A stretch of 64,000 bases of DNA from a virus (lineage: Duplodnaviria > Caudoviricetes), in the IMG/VR virus record IMGVR_UViG_2974666281_000001, positions 96,001 through 160,000 of that record; one strand, 5' to 3'. Both the position numbers and the translations under genes were made by a program. Position 1 is the stretch's first letter, and the number at the start of each line of letters is the position of its first letter. This document shows, piece after piece, positions 50,651 through 59,200 of this stretch. Under the pieces are notes generated by a model that saw only the letters and a list, made by a program, of their open reading frames with translations, did no database searches and was not told where the DNA came from.

Positions 50651-50745
50651 TAACCCTGCCTCATTTTGCAATTAGGACAAATTCCACCGGCGAACAGAAG
50701 TCCACCTCCGCAGTACTTACATTCCCAGTCGGTTAAGATTTTCAT
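50650..50745 (-). CDS. 31-aa zinc-ribbon microprotein (absent from ORF track)
   Basis: MKILTDWECKYCGGGLLFAGGICPNCKMRQG*; two CxxC; ATGA and TAATG overlaps with neighbours. Confidence 0.8.
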   Translation of the reverse strand: MKILTDWECKYCGGGLLFAGGICPNCKMRQG

Positions 50746-51020
50746 TTTAATTTCTTCGCAATTTTCCAAGCAGCTTTAAACTCTTCGACTTCTTCAATTT
50801 CAATCCAAAAACCAGAGCCAAAACCATCGTTATAACAAGGACAGCCGTCGCAATAATCTTCCCAAGTAAGAACACGACCACCAAGAGAAGCGCCAGTTTC
50901 CATAGCACAGAGACGCATTTCTGCTTCTTCGATTTCTTCTGGGTTGTTGCCTTCAATAATGAAGTACCATTTTCCACGATATTCTTTACCTAAGTTGATA
51001 GCTTGACGTTTAAGTTTCAT
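50742..51020 (-). CDS. frd.1: Frd.1-like protein (true start MKLKRQ)
   Basis: RGKWYFII, WEDYCDGCP, GFWI, FKAAWK match T4 frd.1. Confidence 0.85.
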   Translation of the reverse strand: MKLKRQAINLGKEYRGKWYFIIEGNNPEEIEEAEMRLCAMETGASLGGRVLTWEDYCDGCPCYNDGFGSGFWIEIEEVEEFKAAWKIAKKLK

Positions 51021-51035
51021 TTTATTCTCCTTGTT

Positions 51036-51076
51036 GGTGTAGAAGTATAGTAACATGCCTCTACACCGTTGTACAC
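51036..51076 (-). promoter_or_regulatory. early promoter with stem-loop around the -10 box
   Basis: GTGTACA-N17-TACTAT; GGTGTAGA / TCTACACC inverted repeat. Confidence 0.7.
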
Positions 51077-51432
51077 TACTTATTGAAAGCTTTTTTGATT
51101 AGCTCAATCATTTCTTCAGCGTTCTCACGGGTCACTACCAAAGACATAGACTTGGCGCCTTCAGCAGTTGAACCTACTTCAACGAAGTATTTGAATTCGC
51201 CATTAGAGAGCTCAAAGTATTCATCGCCAGAGCTATTGGCATCGTAGACTTCGCCATTCTTCATACGCACTTTACATACGTACTTGTCAGTGTCTTCAGT
51301 GACCATTTCTAGAACACCAAACGACCCACCACCCTCTTCAATAAGGCGAAGCATATTTTCATTTGTACTGTTATCTTCAATAAAGTCAGCACGGAAAGCT
51401 TCGTTAAAGCTATAGAATTTACCTTCTTGCAT
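51076..51432 (-). CDS. frd.2: Frd.2-like protein
   Basis: NGEVY, DEYFELSNGEFKYF, VTRENAEEMIELIKKAF resemble T4 frd.2. Confidence 0.85.
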   Translation of the reverse strand: MQEGKFYSFNEAFRADFIEDNSTNENMLRLIEEGGGSFGVLEMVTEDTDKYVCKVRMKNGEVYDANSSGDEYFELSNGEFKYFVEVGSTAEGAKSMSLVVTRENAEEMIELIKKAFNK

Positions 51433-51441
51433 TTTAGACCT

Positions 51442-51519
51442 CTGAATAGATTAAATCTTTCTAAGTTGTTGAAATTGTTACCTATTCTATTAATTATGAA
51501 TAGGTAACTGAATAGATTA
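51442..51519. repeat. 12-bp direct repeat enclosing an 11-bp inverted repeat
   Basis: CTGAATAGATTA at 51442-51453 and 51508-51519; GTTACCTATTC / GAATAGGTAAC at 51477-51487 and 51498-51508. Confidence 0.8.
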
Positions 51520-51750
51520 GTGACAGATTGAACGAATTTTATCTTCTACGAGTTTCATATTAGCCATATGTGTGTCACGAGCCTTACCTACGCCTTCTGG
51601 ATAAAGACCATTATAAGTTGATTGCTCATTATCACATGCAAGAATAACTAAGTTCCAAGACTGCGCTTGGAGGATGCCGTAATCTTCCATCAAGATTTTC
51701 TTTTCTGCAGCTTTACCACGTTTAGCACGAAGAGCTTTTAACTGAATCAT
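51517..51750 (-). CDS. hypothetical protein
   Basis: 77 aa, ATGA overlap with upstream gene. Confidence 0.75.
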   Translation of the reverse strand: MIQLKALRAKRGKAAEKKILMEDYGILQAQSWNLVILACDNEQSTYNGLYPEGVGKARDTHMANMKLVEDKIRSICH

Positions 51751-51971
51751 TCTTCAATTTCCTTCAAAGTGTCACGTAAGAAAGTGCCATCTTCATCAGC
51801 ACCCACACAATACTGTTCACGAAGATAAGCTTCGATTTGAGAACGGTCACCTTCGATGCAGTATTCCCAACCCCAACCACATGATTCAGCTGAAATTTCA
51901 CGAAGTGAGTAGTCAGCAATTGTTGCTTCGAAATGTTCAGTATCAGCAACACCTAAGTAAATACGAGCCAT
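51747..51971 (-). CDS. frd.3: Frd.3-like protein (true start MARIYL)
   Basis: ADTEHFE, IEGDRSQIEAYLREQYCVG resemble T4 frd.3; GGAG SD. Confidence 0.75.
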   Translation of the reverse strand: MARIYLGVADTEHFEATIADYSLREISAESCGWGWEYCIEGDRSQIEAYLREQYCVGADEDGTFLRDTLKEIEE

Positions 51972-52003
51972 TTTAGTTCTCCAATCATTTTGTCTGTAGA
52001 AGC

Positions 52004-52033
52004 ATAATAACATGCTCTTCATTAGTTGTAAAC
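52004..52033 (-). promoter_or_regulatory. T4-type early promoter
   Basis: GTTTACA-N17-TATTAT on the minus strand. Confidence 0.8.
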
Positions 52034-52035
52034 AC

Positions 52036-52248
52036 TTAAGCAGAAAGAATTTCGTTCATGTAGTTCTGGTGTAAATCACGATTCTTAAAGAAGAATTCAT
52101 CATTGAAATCCATCAAAGCATCTTTAGTACCTTCCAGAACAACTAAATGACATTTGGAAATCAACTTAGCACTTACAACTTCACAACCATACTGAACAGC
52201 TGCTTCATTCATTTTAACCATGTCTTTAGCTACGATTTCAAGTTTCAT
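52036..52248 (-). CDS. hypothetical protein, possible frd.3 paralogue (true start MKLEIV)
   Basis: 70 aa, GGAG SD, own early promoter; VLEGTKDALMDFNDEFF. Confidence 0.75.
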   Translation of the reverse strand: MKLEIVAKDMVKMNEAAVQYGCEVVSAKLISKCHLVVLEGTKDALMDFNDEFFFKNRDLHQNYMNEILSA

Positions 52249-52285
52249 TTTATTCTCCGTTTCAACATTTTGTTGGTGTAGAAGC

Positions 52286-52314
52286 ATAATATCATGTTCT
52301 CAGGAGAAGTAAAC
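52286..52314 (-). promoter_or_regulatory. T4-type early promoter
   Basis: GTTTAC-N17-TATTAT on the minus strand. Confidence 0.8.
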
Positions 52315-52335
52315 ACTTTTTGATTAAAACCCCTT

Positions 52336-52394
52336 TGGCACATATATGTTACATAAGCCATTAAAAAGCTTAATAATGTAACATATATGTGCCA
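52336..52394. repeat. perfect 19-bp inverted repeat
   Basis: TGGCACATATATGTTACAT (52336-52354) / ATGTAACATATATGTGCCA (52376-52394), 21-nt spacer. Confidence 0.9.
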
Positions 52395-52397
52395 TAC

Positions 52398-52424
52398 AAA
52401 AAATGGGAGACCGAAGTCTCCCAT
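52398..52424 (-). terminator. gene 32 terminator
   Basis: ATGGGAGAC-TTCG-GTCTCCCAT-TTTTT on the minus strand. Confidence 0.88.
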
Positions 52425-52429
52425 CATTA

Positions 52430-53317
52430 TTACATATCAGCTAACAGAGCATCGAGGTCGTCTTCTTCAGCACCAGATGAAGCTGGAGTAGAAGGCTTAC
52501 TGTCGAAGGCAGCCATATCTTTGTCGAAAGAATCAAGTGAATCACCGATTGCATCTGCTTGAGCTGCAGCTTTAGAAGCAGCACCACCCATAGCGGCTAC
52601 ACCCATCACCTGTTCAAATTTCTTCTGGAGAACATCCAGAGCTTTGAACTTATCTTTCGCAGTCAGTTCGCTCAAATCAGACATATTTTCTTCGAGGAAC
52701 TTCTGGAACGTTTCGTCAGTGATGTTAGGAATTTCAGATTGGCCCAGGAACTTAGAATCATCATAGTTCTTGAAATCGCCTACTTTCTTAGTTTTCAGTA
52801 CAAAGTTTGCACCATCAAAAGGACAAGTCACGTCAACTGGAACTTCACCGATAGAAGTATCGACTTCGACCATTGCAGTGATTTTGTCGTAAACTTTCTG
52901 ACCAAAACGGAACTTGAATACTTTACCTTCTGTTTCTGGGTTAGCTTTGTCCTGGATAACCAGAATGTTAGCCCAGTATGAAGTCTTACGCTTCAGGAGT
53001 TGATATTCAGGCTTATTCGTGTTGTACGAATCATTTTTGGACAGATGTTGACAAACTGGACAGTTATCGAAATCACCGTGAGTTGAAGAACAGTTTTCGA
53101 TATACCATTTACCATTTTTCTTGAAGCCATGGTTAACCAGTTTTACAAACGGAAGACCTTCATCGCCTTTACCTGGCAGGAATCGAATAACAGCCATGCC
53201 GTTACCATTGTCGTCTTTCAGTTTCCATTCATTCTTATCGTCAGAAGAGAAACCAGAACCACCTTTCAGGGAAGCCAGTTGTGCTTGCAGAGCTGCTGGG
53301 TCTTTACGCTTAAACAT
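52430..53317 (-). CDS. gp32: single-stranded DNA-binding protein gp32
   Basis: [36 protein letters not shown] zinc site, acidic tail DDLDALL. Confidence 0.98.
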   Translation of the reverse strand: MFKRKDPAALQAQLASLKGGSGFSSDDKNEWKLKDDNGNGMAVIRFLPGKGDEGLPFVKLVNHGFKKNGKWYIENCSSTHGDFDNCPVCQHLSKNDSYNTNKPEYQLLKRKTSYWANILVIQDKANPETEGKVFKFRFGQKVYDKITAMVEVDTSIGEVPVDVTCPFDGANFVLKTKKVGDFKNYDDSKFLGQSEIPNITDETFQKFLEENMSDLSELTAKDKFKALDVLQKKFEQVMGVAAMGGAASKAAAQADAIGDSLDSFDKDMAAFDSKPSTPASSGAEEDDLDALLADM

Positions 53318-53356
53318 ATATTTTACCTTATTTAATTTAATTAACAGTTTTTAGTT

Positions 53357-53385
53357 GATGTGACATAATGCCTCACACCTGGCAT
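53357..53385 (-). promoter_or_regulatory. gene 32 mRNA pseudoknot (autogenous translational operator)
   Basis: AUGCC-A-GGUGUGA-GGCAU-UAUG-UCACAUC: stem1 AUGCC/GGCAU, stem2 GGUGUGA/UCACAUC, followed by AU-rich leader. Confidence 0.85.
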
Positions 53386-53390
53386 ACTGA

Positions 53391-53398
53391 TATTTATA
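53391..53398 (-). promoter_or_regulatory. late promoter for gene 32
   Basis: TATAAATA on the minus strand. Confidence 0.8.
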
Positions 53399-53399
53399 A

Positions 53400-54053
53400 T
53401 CAGATTTTGCAAGCTTTTATAGTTTGTATAAAGAGCTTTTTGGCTTCAAGAGCATCGATATTAAGAATTTTCTTGTATGCCTTTAGTTTAACCGAGTAAT
53501 TCGACCAAACTAAATCAGTAGATAACTCATCATGTTTATCTATTATATTCAAAAAAGAATCAAGCAAAATAAACGTTTCAAAACTGATAACGTTTGATTG
53601 AAGAAGTTTAAAGATATAACTCGAGCTGACGTTCTTATTATACTCAAATAATTCATTAAGCGATTTGGTTTCAACTTTCTTAGCGAAATAATACATGTTC
53701 TTAATATCATCTTCGAACACTGTTTTAACTCGTTTTAGTTTACCAATATATTCACGATAAAACACTAAAGCGTCAGCATCACTGATGTCGCCAATCCATG
53801 CATCTTGGTTAGCGACCAAGTTACTCATGAATATAAGTGTGAGTTCTTTAAGATTGTGTTTATCAGCTAATTTCTCAAAGAAATATTTGTCGCGACGCTT
53901 ATTATAGGCGGCATCAGAGATTCGCATGGTCCAATTATACTTTATAACGTCGTAACGACCATTAAAATGATTTTTTAACATTAAATATAATTGATATACA
54001 CTTTTACCATTAATAAATCTAGTGCCATTAGGAGGCATGCGAATCGTTATCAT
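53400..54053 (-). CDS. gp59: helicase loader gp59 (true start MITIRMP)
   Basis: INGKSVYQLYLMLKNHFNGRYDVIKYNW, ISFETFILLDSFLNII; 217 aa as in T4. Confidence 0.95.
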   Translation of the reverse strand: MITIRMPPNGTRFINGKSVYQLYLMLKNHFNGRYDVIKYNWTMRISDAAYNKRRDKYFFEKLADKHNLKELTLIFMSNLVANQDAWIGDISDADALVFYREYIGKLKRVKTVFEDDIKNMYYFAKKVETKSLNELFEYNKNVSSSYIFKLLQSNVISFETFILLDSFLNIIDKHDELSTDLVWSNYSVKLKAYKKILNIDALEAKKLFIQTIKACKI

Positions 54054-54636
54054 AATATTTCCAATTATCCCATTTCTTAGAATATATTCTTGCTCTAACA
54101 GTCGAAAGAGCAATCCCATATTCTTCAGCCACTTCAGAAGAACTAGAGTAGATTATATCATCAACCAAAATCTTTTTTAATTTAGCTTTACTTAACGCAT
54201 CCTTATGAGAAGGAGAAAGAATTTTACCTTTATTAGGCGACGGTATCTTTCTAGACAATCTAGTTTTAGACATCTTATCTTTAGCTTCTTGAGTTCTAGG
54301 AATACCAGTTTTAGTTTCAATTATAATTTTGATATGACTATCACTAAGCTTTTTACCAGGACCGCCTATACCGCCAGGGACTAAATTATATGTGTCTGGG
54401 TCAGATACAAAATCAGAATTTACTAATTCGGCTTCTTTATCATAAGCCTCTTTAGGATTAGAATATTCGAATAAAACTTCTTTTGAAAAGCTTTCTCTTC
54501 CATACTTCTTAAGTGCAGATTTGAAAGCTTTCCCAGAACCAATATACCAATCCTTGGAACGAGTTTGCTTATGCACACCGATATAAATCTTCCCATTAAT
54601 CAGATTGGTTGTTTTATATACGGTGTACTTAATCAT
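54028..54636 (-). mobile_element. free-standing GIY-YIG (Seg-like) homing endonuclease between genes 33 and 59
   Basis: TVYKTTNLINGKIYIGVH, YIGSG..FKSALKKYGRESF, EAELV, TYNLVPGG; NUMOD3-like repeats (SDSHIKII, TQEAKDKMS, SPSHKDALSKA) and C-terminal HTH. Confidence 0.88.
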
Positions 54637-54944
54637 AACAAGAAATCCAAAGTGTTCGTTCGTTGGGTGCGAGCCATTGAAGGACGAAGCATATGGTCAT
54701 CAATAGCTTCACTCATAATCTTGTCAATTATACCTGTTGGAATAAATCGAGCAAATTGTCCTTCTGGGATAGAATTTTCTTCAAGCCAGGCCGTAGTAAC
54801 TTCTAGATAAGAAGAACCAGTTTCAGCAACCAATTTTTCAATATCAAACCCGTTTTGTTGTTTATCTAAAGAAGTACTGATATCGTCTTTAGAAGGAAGA
54901 GGGGCCGGAGCCCCATTATCATTTAGCAGGGAAAATTGAGTCAT
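54633..54944 (-). CDS. gp33: late transcription co-activator gp33 (true start MTQFSL)
   Basis: DKQQNGFDIEKLV, YLEVTTAWLEENSIPE, clamp-binding tail TLDFLL. Confidence 0.94.
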   Translation of the reverse strand: MTQFSLLNDNGAPAPLPSKDDISTSLDKQQNGFDIEKLVAETGSSYLEVTTAWLEENSIPEGQFARFIPTGIIDKIMSEAIDDHMLRPSMARTQRTNTLDFLL

Positions 54945-55206
54945 ACAGTTCAACAACCTCTTCTTTCTCAGATTCAAAACGATCACGTGTACCTTTGTGA
55001 TGCAGAGCGAATACCTGGTTGAACAGTTTACCATCTACACCAAGCTCTTTTTTAGCTCGGGTTTTAATTTCTTTAATCTGGTCGCCATAGGCTTCCATTT
55101 TAAGACGAATATCAGAAGCTTCTTTAACCATTTTAGCTAGGTCAGCACCATGGACGGCTTCGTCAAATTCAACTTTTTTCTCTTTCTTTTCTTTAACTTC
55201 TTTCAT
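54919..55206 (-). CDS. dsbA: double-stranded DNA-binding protein DsbA
   Basis: VEFDEAVHGADLAKMVKEASD, AKKELGVDGKLFN. Confidence 0.93.
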   Translation of the reverse strand: MKEVKEKKEKKVEFDEAVHGADLAKMVKEASDIRLKMEAYGDQIKEIKTRAKKELGVDGKLFNQVFALHHKGTRDRFESEKEEVVELYDSIFPAK

Positions 55207-55213
55207 ATTCACC

Positions 55214-56155
55214 TCAAAAATCGTTCAGATTATTCATTAGTTTAGACAGACCAGATTTCACGAAATAAGAATAAACTCGTGAACGTGGTGGTACCTTGTA
55301 ATTATTATAACGTTCCATGATTAAAGCCTTAATGTCATCACGGATGAAGTCCATATCTATAAGAATACGGTTTTCTTTGAAACGTTCAAACTGAACAGGA
55401 GTCAGTAAACTTTCAATTTTTTCTAAGTCATAATAATGCTCAGCGATATCTTCAAGTTCTTTTTGCTTAGTAGGAGGAGTACGTTCACCTTCTACTTTAG
55501 TCAACCAAAAGTCACCACGAACTTTAATTGATGCGACGTTATCTTTCTTATCGCCTTTAACTACTTTAGTCACACAATCAAGTAATGGAGAACCTGTTTT
55601 AGATTTTACCCATTTCTTGAACATTGGCGCCCATTGCTTAAGATTAGGCAATTTATGGAGCTGTGTAAAGTCACCATCAGACGAACAAACTACAACTGGA
55701 TGTCCTAACATAGTTAGGTGCTGAGCCAGAATAGCAATATGATCATCAGCCTCAATAGTATCAATATTCATGACAATATAAGGCATATATTTTTCTAGTT
55801 CATCCACAACAATATGGAGAGCTTCAAATAATCCAGCCCAATCAAACATTGATTCTTCACGGTCTAATGCACGGTTTTTCTTATAATAGTGAGCCTCTTG
55901 ACGGCGCCAATACCCTGATTTAGAGTTATCTACGCACACAATAAGATTTTCGTAACCTTGTTTCTTGAACATCATCTTGTTCTTACGCATAGATTGCAGA
56001 ACCAGATGTCGCAACATAGGAACAGTTACTTTTGGAAATTTGTTAGCTTCACCAAACTCTGTGAAAGCCGCAGCCATGATAATCTGGCTGAAGTCCATAA
56101 GAACATAACCTTCTTTAGGACGATCCTCTTCAGGAAGTAAAAAATCTAAACTCAT
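55214..56155 (-). CDS. rnh: RNase H (FEN-family 5' nuclease)
   Basis: DFSQI, SGYWRR...YYKKNR, EADDHIA, SSDGDFTQL, KGDKKDNV. Confidence 0.97.
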   Translation of the reverse strand: MSLDFLLPEEDRPKEGYVLMDFSQIIMAAAFTEFGEANKFPKVTVPMLRHLVLQSMRKNKMMFKKQGYENLIVCVDNSKSGYWRRQEAHYYKKNRALDREESMFDWAGLFEALHIVVDELEKYMPYIVMNIDTIEADDHIAILAQHLTMLGHPVVVCSSDGDFTQLHKLPNLKQWAPMFKKWVKSKTGSPLLDCVTKVVKGDKKDNVASIKVRGDFWLTKVEGERTPPTKQKELEDIAEHYYDLEKIESLLTPVQFERFKENRILIDMDFIRDDIKALIMERYNNYKVPPRSRVYSYFVKSGLSKLMNNLNDF

Positions 56156-56189
56156 TTCAATGAACCTTGTTCAATTAGTCAACTCAGCT

Positions 56190-56227
56190 ATAGTAACACT
56201 TTGTGATGAAAGCGTACATTATAAATA
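56190..56227. promoter_or_regulatory. divergent rnh middle promoter (-) and gene 34 late promoter (+)
   Basis: TACGCTTTC-N12-TACTAT on - (56190-56216); TATAAATA on + (56220-56227). Confidence 0.75.
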
Positions 56228-56260
56228 TCTCTATACTCCAAGACCTAAAGGAAACTCAAT

Positions 56261-59200
56261 ATGGCCGATATTTTAAAACCTGCTTTCCGTGCCACGTCCG
56301 GCCTTGATGCAGGTGGCGAAAAAGTTATCAACGTTTCTAAAGCTGATTTCAATACAAAAACTGATGGTGTAAACGTTGAATTCTTTATTGAAGAAAACAC
56401 CATCCAAGAATATGATAGTACTCGTGGATATCGTAAGAATTTTGCAGTGATGTTTGATGGACGTATCTGGACTGCAAAAGAAGATATCGCAGCTCCAGCT
56501 GGTACGTTCCAAGAACCTCGTTGGACAGCATTACGTACAGATGCTAAATGGAAGTATGTAACTTCTGGTGCTAATAACGCACTTAAATCAGGTGATTACA
56601 TCTCTGTATCAACCGAAACAAGTGATGTTGGATTTGTTTTACCTAATACTCCACAAGATGGAGACACAATAGTAATTAAAGATGTTGGCGGTAAGGTTGG
56701 GTATAACTCATTAAAGGTTAAAATTTCTAACCAATCTATTATCCGTTTTAATGTTCCTGTTTCTGAAGTAATTATTACTAAAGCACGTGCTGAAAGTATT
56801 TTCATTTTTAGTAATAGACAATGGCAATTCTATTCTTATGAAGAAGATGAACATGCTATCAGAGTAACTTCTGCAGCTGAACATAGAGCAACGGCTGGTG
56901 AACATATTTTCCGTACCCATGCAAACCCAGGTCTAGTTAAAGTAATGCTGCCTAAGTTTGCTAATAATGGTGACATCATTTATTTTACCGATCTTGACGG
57001 GTTAGGTCCTATTCATCATTTACAGCTTCGTACTTTTGACGATAGTACAAGTATTGGTAAAGCTGGGGTTCATCAGGCTGAATACCGTACTTCAGGTGAT
57101 GGTTTAGTTGTATTTGATGCTGCTGAAAAAGTTTGGCGCACTTGGGATGGCGATCTCAGGACTCGTCTTCGTATTATTCGTGATGATGTTAAACTTATGC
57201 CTAACGAAAGTGTTATGGTGTTTGGTACGAATAATGCTATAGAAAAAACTATTAATGTTGAATTGCCATTATCAGTTGCATTAGGCGATAAAGTTCGTAT
57301 CGCTATGAACTATATGCGTAAAGGACAGAAAGTTGTTATTAAAGCGGCTGAAGGCGATACAATAGCTACTTCTAAATCTTTACTTCAATTCCCTAAACGT
57401 TCAGAATATCCACCTGAAGTAGAATGGGTACAAGTTACTTCATTAACCTTTGACGGTACTCAGGATTATGTTCCTATTATTGAACTTTCTTATATTGAAG
57501 ATGGAACTAAACATTATTGGGTAGTTTCAACAAACGATCCAACAGTTGAACGTGTCGATTCTAAAACAGATGAAACTCGTAAACGTTTAGGCGTAATTGC
57601 ACTGGCGAGCCAGACTCAAGCTAACGTTGATAAAGAAAACAATCCAGAAAAAGAACTTGCTATTACTCCTGAAACTTTAGCAAATCGTACTTCTACCGAA
57701 TCAAGACGTGGTATTTCTCGTTTAGCTACTACGGCAGAAGTTGTACAGGATTCTAACTTTGCTTTCTTAGATGATGTCATTGTTACTCCTAAAAAACTGA
57801 ATCAACGTGTTGCTACTGAAACTTCTCGTGGTTTAGCCGAAATAGCTACTCAAACTGAAACCAACCAAGGAACAGATGATACAACTATTATAACGCCAAA
57901 GAAATTAGAAGCACGTCGTGCAACTGAAAATATGGCTGGTATCGCTAAACTTGTTTCTACAGTTGGAACTACTGCAGGCGTAGATCGTGCAACTAAAGGA
58001 ACCAATGTCTATGATTATGACAATAACACTGATATTGTAACTCCTAAGTCCCTGGCACAACAGAAGGCGACTTATACAGAACAGGGTTCATTGTTCATTG
58101 CCACAGCTAATGAAGTTATTTCAGGCGTCTCTCAGGAAGGATTCCAGACCGCAGTTACTCCTGTTGAATTGCATAAGAAAACTGCTACTGAAACTCGTAT
58201 TGGATTTAGTGAACTTGCTACGCAAGCAGAAACTGATGCTGGTACTGATGATTTTAGAATTGTTACACCTAAGAAATTGAATGACCGTAAGGCTCGTGAA
58301 GATTTGACTGGTTTGGCAAGAATTGCAACACAAGTTGAATTTGATGCAGGTACTTTAGATAATGTTATTTCAACTCCGTTGAAAGTTAAAACACATTTCA
58401 ATGATACTGCCCGTACTTCTGTTGTAACCGATAGTGGTTTAGTAGAACAAGGAACTCTCTGGAACCATTATACCCTTGATATCCAAGAAGCATCTGAAAC
58501 CCAACGTGGCACAGCTCGCCTGGCAACTCAAGGTGAAGTTGATACTGGAACAGATGATAAGACTGTTGTTACACCTTTGAAACTGCATAAGAAGAAAGCA
58601 ACCGAATCTACTGAAGGTATCGTTAAAATCGCTACCCAAGTTGAAACAGTAGCTGGAACTTCTTCTATTACAGCTGTTTCTCCTAAAAATCTGAAACACG
58701 TTATCCAAGTAGAAAAAACTTGGGAAGCATCGCCAATTCTACGTGGCTTAGTTAAGATTTCAGAAAATGCTATCACTTGGGAAGGTAATAATGTAGATGG
58801 TTCAACTAAACCTCTTGAAAATTACGAGAAGTCTGGCTATGCTATTTCTCCTTATGAATTAAACAAGACTTTAGCGAATTATCTCCCTAAAATGGGTCAA
58901 GCCGAAGATTCACGTAATTTAGATGGACTAGATTCATCTCAGTTCATTCGTCGTGATATCGACCAAACAGTTAATGGTAAATTGACTCTTACTAAAGAAA
59001 CGACAGTTTCGGCTCCTATTGTTTCAACTTCTACTGCGAAGTTTGATTCTGTAACGAGCGTTAAGAGTGTTACTATTGGCGATGGAACGGGTGATGCTGT
59101 TTTCAATATGCTAGGTAAAGACAATCCTTGGAATGTTTCTTCACTGACTTCTAAAGAAACCTTGGAATTCAAATCAGGAGATACTAACGCATTAGTTATC

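Noticed and set aside
52245-52427. 60-aa hydrophobic ORF after gene 32
   Set aside because: Runs through the terminator, the palindrome and an early promoter; no SD; hydrophobicity explained by AT-rich sequence
20732-55212. N-terminally extended ORF-track versions of gp26, alt.-3, cd.2, frd.1, frd.3, gp59, gp33 and dsbA
   Set aside because: Extensions cross promoters or neighbouring genes; downstream ATGs give T4-like lengths and mostly have clear SDs
57590-58760. Repeats in gene 34 as a possible array or CRISPR
   Set aside because: Degenerate protein-level repeats normal for gp34; no identical DNA repeats with spacers
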